Part shown: piece by piece, positions 33,571 to 43,017 of the stretch
How positions within the stretch are numbered: position 1 is the stretch's first letter
Layout of the letters: every line of letters starts with the position of its first letter
From: an uncultured Nitrososphaeraceae archaeon
Lineage (GTDB): Archaea; Thermoproteota; Nitrososphaeria; Nitrososphaerales; Nitrososphaeraceae
Assembly: GCA_963779615.1 (NCBI GenBank)
Contig: CAVZZA010000005.1
Coordinates: forward strand, 640,001 to 704,000
Direction of reading: 5' to 3'
Length of the DNA stretch: 64,000 nucleotides
Program-made: the position numbers and the translations under genes
Notes under the pieces: model-generated
The model's database searches: none
What the model saw: only the letters and a program-made list of their open reading frames with translations
What the model was told of the DNA's origin: nothing

Positions 33571-33895
33571 GACCAACTAATAAAACAAAACATTATTTTT
33601 TTATCACAATCCAACCCTTTTTTATCCAGATAATCAATCAAACCAAAAAAACTACAAATACCATACTAAAAATTGTAATGCAAAATCTCAACACGTATTT
33701 CAAAGGCATCATCTCTTCACATCCACCCCTACCAATCCATTAAACAATTAAATTAAAAATAATACATGCATCCATTCTTTAGATTTGTCATTAATGCCTC
33801 CACAATAACCATTTTAACGCGAATAGTTCAGAAATAAAAATTCCTTCAGAACAGACTGACCCTTAATATACAATAATAGATCGTTTAATGCAAGA

Positions 33896-34459
33896 ATGAA
33901 CAATACAAAAAGCATTTTATTAGTGGCCATAATCGCAGCAACACTGGTTATGGGGACAAGCGTTATCCCAATGCAGTCATATGCAGACAGGGGTGACGAC
34001 GATGAAGATAAAAAAGGTAAAGATCACACATCCCAAGAAGAAAAAAATGATGCAAACTTAAAACTAGACCAGGAAAACACCTGTTACAGGGGCGAGGTAT
34101 GCAAACAGGGCAACGAGGGTCAACAGGTAGTGGGCAACGACAACGATGTAACCGGGTTCAACGACCAAAGCGACAACCTACCAACAAACTTACCAGGAAC
34201 AGGAACAGATAACGGTAATAAAACAGGACCGGTTGTAACACCGCCACCTGCCAATGGAGAGTGCTCATCAGGTGAAGTTAGCGTAACATTAACTACAAGC
34301 GCGAGTGTAGCTCTCAACGGTTGCATCTCATCAAGTCTAGTTGGTCTGCTCCAATCACTACCCACACCAGTTGGTGGAGAGTGCTCTGGAAGCTTAGTTC
34401 CTGCCGCTTTAACTATAGGCAACAGTCCATCAATCAGAGTCTGCATCTTAGCAAGGTAA
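33896..34459 (+). CDS. Secreted Q/N-rich array protein, copy 7, with two Cys-paired C-terminal repeats
   Basis: Core QENTCYRGEVCKQGNEGQQVVGNDNDVTGFNDQSDN, then GECSSGEVSVTLT...GCI and GECSGSLVPAALT...VCI. Confidence 0.85.
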   Translation: MNNTKSILLVAIIAATLVMGTSVIPMQSYADRGDDDEDKKGKDHTSQEEKNDANLKLDQENTCYRGEVCKQGNEGQQVVGNDNDVTGFNDQSDNLPTNLPGTGTDNGNKTGPVVTPPPANGECSSGEVSVTLTTSASVALNGCISSSLVGLLQSLPTPVGGECSGSLVPAALTIGNSPSIRVCILAR

Positions 34460-35335
34460 TTACACAAGTAAAATATTCCTTCATTTTTTTGCCATCGTAA
34501 CACCTAACCTTTTTTTATGTTAAACCACCACAATAATTCCTCGCTAAAGCAAATCAAATAAATATTCAGATCTAGCCCACTAGCTGCTTTAACAAGGCGA
34601 ACATCATTTTTTGATTCTCGATTTTAGATGCGATTTGAAGCCAATCCATTCAGCGAATAAAAGATAAACAGCACTTTGGGGCGTATTTGTCCCCTATAAC
34701 CAATTTCACACATGAGGAGAAAAGAGGTTGGTACAAGTTGCCTATACAAATGGAAATAACGACATTGAAAAGATGATACAAAATAGGAAGGCATTAAAAT
34801 ATCTTTTTGAGGCGCACATCATTAAGACACTTCCCTATATCACCAACTGATGGAGCAGATATTGCACCTTTACCTAATGCAGCAACCAGCACAGCAGATA
34901 AAGAATCAACCATAGTTTGGGTTTACCTAGCGCGGTTGCACAAATAAGAATCACTTCGCTTTTTGTTGCCATCGACATTTTATTTTTTTTAACAACATAG
35001 TTGACATTATGTAGAACTATCACACATCAATTATTCAACGCGACACGGAAATAAAGCTAAATTTTATCAAACAATCAGAGACATCATATAGCTATTGTCA
35101 TATTAATTACATGTCTAGCATACAATTGAAAATAGTTTAAAATATAATCAACACTCGTTTTGGTATCCTTGGTCAAAGGAATAGAATTCCATCGCTATTG
35201 CATAGTTCCTATTTTTACCAAAGTTTAGAAAAGCGCGACGGTGATAATTACTATTCACTATTGGAAAACATTAACAAAATTATCAAATTTATAGTTAAAA
35301 TTATGCTATACATATATAATTAAATATATTCAGTG

Positions 35336-35437
35336 TTAATGTTATGCTGATTTTTTTACGTTGATAAACTTAAAATTAACATCGAGAATGAACAGACTAA
35401 TCTTAGATATATCATCAAATGTATGCTAATTACAAGT
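35336..35437 (+). promoter_or_regulatory. Conserved upstream module of array gene 8
   Basis: TTAATGTTATGCTGATTTTTTTACGTTGATAAACTTAAAATTAACATCGAGAATGAACAGACTAATCTTAGATATA, nearly identical to the copy 2 module. Confidence 0.75.
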
Positions 35438-36082
35438 ATGAACAATACCAATAATATTTTGGCAATAGCAACCATTACAGCGTTATTACTTATGGGAACA
35501 AGTGTTATCCCAATGCAATCATATGCAGACGGCAGCGACAAACAACAAAAGCACAAAGACACCTCAGACCTTAAGCAAAGCATCCAGAAAGATACAAGCG
35601 CAAAAAAAGCCAACCAACACCAGGACCAGGACAACTTCTGCTATAGGGGCGACGACTGTGAGCAGGCAAACCAGGGACAACAGATAGTAGGAAAGGACAA
35701 CGACGCAGCAGGGTTCAACGACCAAAGCGACAACATCCCACAATCCGCAGCATCTTCAACATCAAACAACCCAGCAAACAACACAGCAAACAACACATCA
35801 ACACCCGGCAGTGTAACAATAAACAACATATTTGAGGGCGCAGACGTATGCAGTTTAGACCAGAGCAAAAACGATACTGGAACAGGCAACACCCAAACAG
35901 CCACTTTAACTTGCACAGTCACAATCACCGGAAATGACAACACAGTATTCGGTTTACCCGCTGGAACAATACCAGGAAGCTCCATTACATTGAATCCATC
36001 TGGCGCAGCATGCCCCCCACCATCAGTTAACGGAATAGTGACTGTTGGATCAGTAAGACTAAACGTCTGTGTCACCCTATAA
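35438..36082 (+). CDS. Secreted Q/N-rich array protein, copy 8, with beta-rich 4-Cys C-domain
   Basis: MNNT start at 35438 by homology; core, S/T/N linker, then DVCSLDQ...LTCTVT...ACPPPSV...NVCVTL. Confidence 0.85.
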   Translation: MNNTNNILAIATITALLLMGTSVIPMQSYADGSDKQQKHKDTSDLKQSIQKDTSAKKANQHQDQDNFCYRGDDCEQANQGQQIVGKDNDAAGFNDQSDNIPQSAASSTSNNPANNTANNTSTPGSVTINNIFEGADVCSLDQSKNDTGTGNTQTATLTCTVTITGNDNTVFGLPAGTIPGSSITLNPSGAACPPPSVNGIVTVGSVRLNVCVTL

Positions 36083-36574
36083 AGTGGAGTACAGTCCTAC
36101 ACAACACCACCTATTTTTTTGTACTAAACAAACAAACCTTTCAACCTTATTTTTTTAACTAACAGTCATAACCCATTTAATCTCCATTATAGTAATGTTA
36201 TCAGATTATCAAATGGACAGGTTTCCAAACTTGTAGTTGTAATAATGAAGTTTCAATAAATATTAATTACATATAAGACTACAGGTAACACAAGATATTG
36301 CGCATGACACCATCATAAAAACCCCCCACCATCTGTACCATGATTAGAAGCACAATTTTAAAATGGAGAACAAAAAGGTATCAAACCAACACACGTACCT
36401 CACACCGGCTTAAGATGAGGCAAAGTGAGTAATACGATATCGGTGAAATAATGATATAATGAAACACTACAGAGCATGAAAGGGAGCATTGAGTTGACTT
36501 TAGCTGGCAAATGCATCAGGTAGTATCGTTATCCATGGAAAGACAATTTTTTTTATATGGATAGACCATCAGGA

Positions 36575-36677
36575 TTAATGTTATACTGATTTTTTTACGT
36601 TGATAAACTTAAAATTAACATCGAGAATGAACAGACTAGATCTTAAATATATCATAAAAAGTAAGTTAATTCCAAGT
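36575..36677 (+). promoter_or_regulatory. Conserved upstream module of array gene 9
   Basis: TTAATGTTATACTGATTTTTTTACGTTGATAAA...TTAAATATA...CAAGT-ATG. Confidence 0.75.
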
Positions 36678-37322
36678 ATGAACAATACCAATAATATTTT
36701 GGCAATAGCAACCATTACAGCGTTATTACTTATGGGAACAAGTGTTATCCCAATGCAATCATATGCAGACGGCAGCGACAAACAACAAAAGCACAAAGAC
36801 ACCTCAGACCTTAAGCAAAGCATCCAGAAAGATACAAGCGCAAAAAAAGCCAACCAACACCAGGACCAGGACAACTTCTGCTATAGGGGCGACGACTGTG
36901 AGCAGGCAAACCAGGGACAGCAGATAGTAGGAAAGGACAACGACGCAGCAGGGTTCAACGACCAAAGCGACAACATCCCACAATCCGCAGCCTCCTCGAC
37001 ATCTACCAACCCAGCAGACAACACATCAAACAACACATCAACACCCGGCAGCGTAACAATAAACAACATATTTGAGGGCGCAGACGTATGCAGTATAGAC
37101 CAGAGCAAAAACGACAACGGAACAGGCAACACCCAAACAGCCACTTTAACCTGCACAGTCACAATCACCGGAGACAACAATTCAGTATTCGGTTTACCCG
37201 CTGGAACAATACCAGGAAGCTCCATTACATTGAATCCATCTGGCGCAGCATGCCCCCCACCATCAGTTAACGGAATAGTGACTGTTGGATCAGTAAGACT
37301 AAACGCCTGTGTCACCCTATAA
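36678..37322 (+). CDS. Secreted Q/N-rich array protein, copy 9 (near-identical to copy 8)
   Basis: MNNT start at 36678; amino-acid differences from copy 8 are confined to the linker and C-domain. Confidence 0.85.
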   Translation: MNNTNNILAIATITALLLMGTSVIPMQSYADGSDKQQKHKDTSDLKQSIQKDTSAKKANQHQDQDNFCYRGDDCEQANQGQQIVGKDNDAAGFNDQSDNIPQSAASSTSTNPADNTSNNTSTPGSVTINNIFEGADVCSIDQSKNDNGTGNTQTATLTCTVTITGDNNSVFGLPAGTIPGSSITLNPSGAACPPPSVNGIVTVGSVRLNACVTL

Positions 37323-37790
37323 AGTGGAGTACAGTCCTACACAACACCACCTATTTTTTTGTACTAAACAAACAAACCTTTCAACCTTATTTTTTTAACT
37401 AACAGCCATAACCCATTTAATCTCCAATGAAATAACGTTATCAGATTATATAACAAGCAATCTATTAGGTTATTAGTTGAAATAATGACAAGTCTTTACA
37501 GATATAAAAAACATATGTCATAATAAGCAATAACACAAGACATTGCAGAAACATCTAAAAGCCCACAGTACTTGTTCCTTGATCATGATGCAATTTTAAA
37601 ATAAGGGACATAGAATCATCAAAGAAGGAAATGTATTGTACATCACACACGATAATGCTAAAACAACAGTTTAAGGAAACTTTAGAGCATGAAAGGAAGC
37701 ATTGAGTTGACTTTAGCTGGCAAATGCATCAGGTAGTAGTATCGTTATCCATGGAAAGACAATTTTTTTTATATGGATAGACCATCAGGA

Positions 37791-37892
37791 TTAATGTTAT
37801 ACTGATTTTTTTAGGTTGATAAGTTCAAAAAGAACGTAGGGTATGAACAAACAGATTCCAAATATATCATAAAAAGTAAGTTAATTCCAAGT
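37791..37892 (+). promoter_or_regulatory. Conserved upstream module of array gene 10
   Basis: TTAATGTTATACTGATTTTTTTAGGTTGATAAG...CAAATATA...CAAGT-ATG. Confidence 0.75.
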
Positions 37893-38411
37893 ATGAACAA
37901 TACCAATAATATTTTGGCAATAGCAACCATTACAGCGTTATTACTTATGGGAACAAGTGTTATCCCAATGCAATCATATGCAGACGGCAGCGACAAACAA
38001 CAAAAGCACAAAGACACCTCAGACCTTAAGCAAAGCATCCAGAAAGATACAAGCGCAAAAAAAGCCAACCAACACCAGGACCAGGACAACTTCTGCTATA
38101 GGGGCGACGACTGTGAGCAGGCAAACCAGGGACAGCAGATAGTAGGAAAGGACAACGACGCAGCAGGGTTCAACGACCAAAGCGACAACATTCCACAATC
38201 TAACTCTTCAGCATCGTCTTCACCCTCATCATCAACATCTACTCCTACAAGCACTACTCCTACAAGCACTACACCTTCAAGCACTACACCCTCAACTCAA
38301 CCAGGAGCTGGAAGTACAACCACAACAAACATCATTCCATCTGCAGTAAATGAGTGCAGCATAGACCAAACAACAAACACACCAATCACTCAAACATGTG
38401 TGAGACCATAA
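37893..38411 (+). CDS. Secreted Q/N-rich array protein, copy 10, with S/T/P mucin-like stalk and short 2-Cys tip
   Basis: N-terminus and core identical to copies 8 and 9; STTP(T/S) repeats encoded by 15-bp units (~38237-38297); tip NECSIDQ...TQTCVRP. Confidence 0.85.
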   Translation: MNNTNNILAIATITALLLMGTSVIPMQSYADGSDKQQKHKDTSDLKQSIQKDTSAKKANQHQDQDNFCYRGDDCEQANQGQQIVGKDNDAAGFNDQSDNIPQSNSSASSSPSSSTSTPTSTTPTSTTPSSTTPSTQPGAGSTTTTNIIPSAVNECSIDQTTNTPITQTCVRP

Positions 38412-38691
38412 CAAACAAATCTCCATATGAGTAGGGTTCACCACACTTTTTTTTCATTTTTTAAAATACCTGCAATTTATTAAGAAAATAATGACCAAAG
38501 GACATACCTACATGCTTACGAAAGAATTGGCATAAAGGCCAAAAACCACCACCCATTTGACAATATTTTCATCAGCTAAATGCATTATAATCTAGGCAAG
38601 AAAATAAGAAGTCAAAAATGTAGTACATACGATGAAACGGTTTTTTAGCTAAAGATAAATTGTTGTAATGACATACAATGTTACAAAATAA

Positions 38692-38991
38692 TTGAAAAAT
38701 CCAATAGCCTGCGATCCAAGGAACCGACCCTACAAGAACGGGAAAACTTTTGAGGACTGCAAATCAGAAGCAAGGAAAAACACAGCAACCCTATCAAAAG
38801 AAATACAATCAAACAACCAAATCTCATGGAACCGCATCCTAGAAGTAGCAGACCATGATGAAATAGTTTACAAATTAACCCTAAAGTATCTCAGGGAAAT
38901 GGGGTATGATATAGGCAATTATTTAACACCAAGGGTAGCGGCAAAAGGAAACATCAGCAATAAAGACGAAAACAAACAAATGAATGAATGA
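38692..38991 (+). CDS. Hypothetical protein
   Basis: 99-aa TTG-start ORF with globular composition (FEDCKSEA...ISWNRILEVADHDEIVYKLTLKYLREMGYDIG). Confidence 0.6.
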   Translation: MKNPIACDPRNRPYKNGKTFEDCKSEARKNTATLSKEIQSNNQISWNRILEVADHDEIVYKLTLKYLREMGYDIGNYLTPRVAAKGNISNKDENKQMNE

Positions 38992-39919
38992 ATGAATGGG
39001 AAAATCAGTCTCTTGGCTCGTCAAACCCCACATCTCATCATCACGGCAGTCTGCAAAAAGGCTTGACAAAATGCCTATCAATGCTTTGGTTGACACTTTC
39101 TCATTTTCTGGCGCTTGGAAAACAACCATCAAAAGGCACCCAATGTCCTCTTTTTTTTGACATATTGCCGCATAGTACTTCAACATTGAGGATTTTACCA
39201 TACCGGGCGCATACTACAGTTCAGTCTAACAAATAAACGTCCTTAGTGCTTGCAAAATATCGCCATCCCCACCGCGGTTTTGAATTTATGGTGATGGTCA
39301 TTAGATTGCCAATAATTTACCCCATTGTAATCACTTTCTCTGCAATGAGCACTTTTTTGAACAAGGAATCGCCTCAATCTTTTGGTTATTTCATGACAAT
39401 AACCCAAAATCAACCCAAACCTTCCATTCCCGCCAGCGACTTTGACCAGTGCTCCATAATATAACACATCCACAAACACATTCGGCAAGCCTTTTTTCTT
39501 TTGGCTTTGCGGGTACACCTGGGTTGTTTTGTTCGTTTTATTTAAGTCTAATTTTTGAGCAAGAGGCGCGGTTTAATGGTCAAGACTGTCCTTCGTCTTT
39601 CATGCGCCTTTTCCTTTTTCTTCTTTTTTAAAAGGCTAAATATTCTAAAAATTTTAAAAATGCATAGCCCACACCAACATGTTTTGAATAAGCCGTTTTG
39701 TTGTGGAGGCTTCTAGTTGCGGATGAAACATCAACCATATTTAATATGCCGCTGTTGTTTTTTTAGTGTAAGAGCCGTGCTTCTGCAAAATCCCTGTAGG
39801 GTAAAATTGAGATAGTGTTTTGTACTGTTTGTGCATTTAAACGTTATGTTTTTTAAGGCCAACATCGGTTTTTTTTGGCGAGGTTTTAACGCCATGTTGA
39901 AAAAAAATACTGTTTAAAC

Positions 39920-39972
39920 ATAACCTTTTAATAACTTTTAATAACTTTTTAATAACTTTTTAATAACTTTTA
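39920..39972. repeat. Tandem 10-11-bp repeat (ATAACTTTT[T]A) x5
   Basis: ATAACCTTTTA ATAACTTTTA ATAACTTTTTA ATAACTTTTTA ATAACTTTTA read directly from the sequence. Confidence 0.85.
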
Positions 39973-40192
39973 AAAAAAAGTATGCAGCATTGCATTGATT
40001 GTTCATAGTTATTGTGTTGAACCAATTTTTCAACGATAGAAGGTGGCACCCGGTTTTCTTCAATTGAAAATGGCCAGTTTGTCACTTGCTGTTTATTAGG
40101 CCAACACTACATTGTTATGTGGCTACCCAAAGCATCAATTGATACCCAAAGGAAAGGATGACTAGGGACCCAAAATTGGGTTGTGGCAGCTG

Positions 40193-40810
40193 TTATTTGG
40201 AGGTATCCAAAAGGCAATGTTTTAGCAATTCATCGGTTATGACAAGCCGCTCATCAAAAACATCCAGCATCAAATCACTTACAGGATGCCTATCGGAATA
40301 GCACAGTAGAGTTGACACACCCGCATCCTTTGCTGTCTGAACAGCATAAATGAAATCGCTGTCTGAGGCAAGTATTATGGCCCTGTCAATCTGTTTGCTC
40401 CAGCTCATTTTGACCAAATCAACAGCCAGCATAACGTCTACGCCTTTCTGGACGTATACTGCCGCAGCAGCGGCAGCGGCAGCGGCAGATGAGCCGTTTT
40501 GTATTCTTTGGAACCTTCCCAGCCTCACCTCAAATTTGGGAAGCTTTGACAAACTTTTAGTGAATTTATCTGCCCTGCTGTACCGGGAGCTTTCCTCGGC
40601 TGACGGTGGAGAGCCCTGAAAGGGCATGCAGTAATAGTAATATGTCCTCAATCTGCCATCATCACCGCCACCACCGCCGCCACCATCATGGCCAGTATCC
40701 TGCCTGCACAGCGTTTCGGAGAGGGCAAGAAAGTCTATTTTGGGCATCCCAAAACTTTTTGAAATCTTTGCCAGATAACCCCCGTCGATAAAAAGAACAG
40801 CCTTACTCAT
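40193..40810 (-). CDS. NYN (LabA/DUF88, PIN-like) domain protein
   Basis: MSKAVLFIDGGY, LRTYYY, QKGVDVMLAVD and ILASDSDF motifs. Start moved to ATG 40810. Confidence 0.9.
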   Translation of the reverse strand: MSKAVLFIDGGYLAKISKSFGMPKIDFLALSETLCRQDTGHDGGGGGGGDDGRLRTYYYYCMPFQGSPPSAEESSRYSRADKFTKSLSKLPKFEVRLGRFQRIQNGSSAAAAAAAAAVYVQKGVDVMLAVDLVKMSWSKQIDRAIILASDSDFIYAVQTAKDAGVSTLLCYSDRHPVSDLMLDVFDERLVITDELLKHCLLDTSK

Positions 40811-41275
40811 ACATACGTTAAGATAACAACATAAGCATAAAAACCAAATAAACCACACCATACCTCCGCCTCCGCTTCCGAGTCCAAACTCTCTTGATAT
40901 TTTTCTCCACCTTCTGGCTGAATGATAACCATGGTGATGGGGGCTTGCACCTCTAGTGATTCCTCGTCTGCACAAAATTTCAAATCGGTGCGCTTTCCTT
41001 TAAATACCCCTTATCACGCAGCATCGTTCGTTCCCAAATCCCAACCTTGTTTGCCTTTGCATGTCGGCTCATCATATTGGCCCTACAATCTTGTCGCATG
41101 CCATGCCGTTCTGATGCCACAAGCACAACCCTTCTTTATTTGTCAACAGTGCGCGGTAATTGGATTGTCACACCTTCTTTAGTCACGATTCAAAAAGAAA
41201 CCCAAAACCCAAAACAATGCCAATCTCCATGTTTTGCTTTTTGGTGAAACCCGGTCATTTTTTCACAATCAAACT

Positions 41276-42172
41276 TTACCCCATCACATGTGATGAGGAA
41301 ATGTCAAAGTAGGGCTTTAGCCTGGTTATGGTTTCCTCCACGTATCCCCCGTCAACTTCAAACCCCACAAAAGAAACCCCCAGCCTTGTTGAGGCAATTG
41401 CGGTTGATCCAATGCCCAAAAATGGATCCATGACCACCATTTTTTCTTTTATTCCGTGTAACTTTATGCACATTTCCGGCAATTTGGTTGGGAACGTAGC
41501 AGGATGGGGCCTCTCCTTTTTCATCTGGATTGTTTCGTAGGGAATAAACCATGTGTTTCCCCTGTCTCGCTTATCTTGCGTTGCATGCTTCCAGCGTCCG
41601 ATATTGGATTTGTCCTGGTAGGGAACCCCTACAGACAGCTTGTCTATTTTTGATTTTCCATCCTTGCTAAAGTGGAATATATATTCATGGCAATCATTAA
41701 GAAACCTGTCACTTGTTACGGGTTTGAAATGCCCGACGGCCACATCATCAACAATGTTGGGGTATTTGCCAACATCCTGTTTGCTTATTGCAATCGATTT
41801 TATCCAGTGTATAACATTTTGCAGCACAAAGTCCTTTCTGAGGACATTTGCCACATCCCAGGAAATCCATTGATCCCTGGGCTTGTTTCCCATGTTTAGA
41901 AAAAAGGAACCGTCACCCTTAAGCACCTTTTTGATGGAATTTCCAACCTGCCCCAACCAGGCAAGGTATTCTTCCCTGGGCAATGTGTCATCATATGTGC
42001 TGTAGTTTATTCCGATGTTGTAGGGAGGGGACGTTATCACAACATCTATTGAGTTTTGTTTTAGGTCCTCCTTCAAACCCCTTTCGCAATCTTTATTGAA
42101 AATCTCAACGGTAGAGCCGTTTTCCCTATTGGTTACTGTATATGGCATTTTGGTATAAGGCGGTCGGTCCAT
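41276..42172 (-). CDS. Site-specific DNA methyltransferase (N4-C/N6-A, beta class), apparently orphan
   Basis: TSPPYN precedes HPATFP and DPFLGIGST (motif IV before motif I); no recognisable cognate restriction gene adjacent. Confidence 0.9.
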   Translation of the reverse strand: MDRPPYTKMPYTVTNRENGSTVEIFNKDCERGLKEDLKQNSIDVVITSPPYNIGINYSTYDDTLPREEYLAWLGQVGNSIKKVLKGDGSFFLNMGNKPRDQWISWDVANVLRKDFVLQNVIHWIKSIAISKQDVGKYPNIVDDVAVGHFKPVTSDRFLNDCHEYIFHFSKDGKSKIDKLSVGVPYQDKSNIGRWKHATQDKRDRGNTWFIPYETIQMKKERPHPATFPTKLPEMCIKLHGIKEKMVVMDPFLGIGSTAIASTRLGVSFVGFEVDGGYVEETITRLKPYFDISSSHVMG

Positions 42173-43017
42173 GAATTGTCAATATCCTTAGACAATCAAT
42201 CACACAGCATACAATTAAGAGCTTTTGGAAAAACAAAATTATGATACAATTCACCTTTGAGGGAGTTAATCTCCATCCATCCCTGCTTTCGGGACTACAT
42301 GTTTTTATCGGATTTTGCGGTGCCCTATGGAATTTGACCATTCTTATCGATAAAGCCCATTTGTTCAATTTTGTATCCCATCAACCACCTTCCCTCAGTT
42401 GGGATACCCCTAACGCATTTACCTGCAAAACCCCCTGCCATTGTTGCAAATCCATCCTGCATAATCAACCCACTAGCCACATTGTGCTTTTGGCTTCAGG
42501 GGTTCTTGCAGATACCAAAGGCATGGTCAGAAATGACAGTTTCTTCCTACCTGCATCATTAATTGCACCATTACCTGAAAAGTGAATTCTGCTATTATCA
42601 TTACGCCTGTATCATGACACCAAGTCAATTGTTTGACCACCCACAGATCCATTTGTTCCACATCCCTTTGCTTTAGTTGATTACCTGGTAGACAAACTGA
42701 CAAATATTTTTGTCGTGGTTATTTTATTGTCTACGCTTTCCACCCATACCCTTCATAACCGCCTGCTCAAAAAAAAACAAAACAGATTCCTTTGCAAGAA
42801 GGCACATCCAAGGTGCAAGGAAAATATTCAAAGGTTCTGCCACACCACACAATCCAGTTGCCCATGCCCCATACCCTTGGGTGCCCCTCATTCTGCAGCA
42901 GCAGCAGCACCTTCAGGTTTGTCCAAAACCACTGTCCCACGCCTAAATCAGAACCATGTTTTGAGGATTTGCCGATATCTTAAGTATTTGGTGATGGATT
43001 ACTATACACATATTATC

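Larger units (their letters stand above)
35336..38200 (+). repeat. Recent tandem triplication, period ~1.22-1.24 kb
   Basis: 35336-36210 is nearly identical to 36575-37450, and 36471-36985 to 37684-38200, including non-coding flanks. Confidence 0.9.

Noticed and set aside
32310-38116. Disulfide-looped RGD (CYRGDDC) as an integrin-binding motif
   Set aside because: Not conserved across copies (RSN, RSD, RGE) and no host context is evident; likely coincidental.
35356-38284. Recurrent antisense and alternate-frame ORFs (MSWSWCWLAFF..., MLSQCNHMQ...)
   Set aside because: They are shadows of the duplicated array genes and recur only because the sense genes are near-identical.
27370-38411. Array as a CRISPR locus, DGR target set or RiPP precursor cluster
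   Set aside because: The repeats are protein-coding with no repeat-spacer pattern, and no cas, reverse transcriptase or RiPP-modifying gene is present in the window.
38923-39631. Overlapping short ORFs on both strands
   Set aside because: No recognisable motif or consistent frame; possibly decayed sequence, so no call is supported.
40811-40975. N-terminal hydrophobic extension of the NYN ORF
   Set aside because: The domain begins at MSKAVLFIDG (40810); the extension is probably a chance open frame.
42715-43017. Cys/His-rich 101-aa N-terminal extension of the MRJP ORF
   Set aside because: It has non-coding-like composition, and family similarity starts only after ATG 43018.
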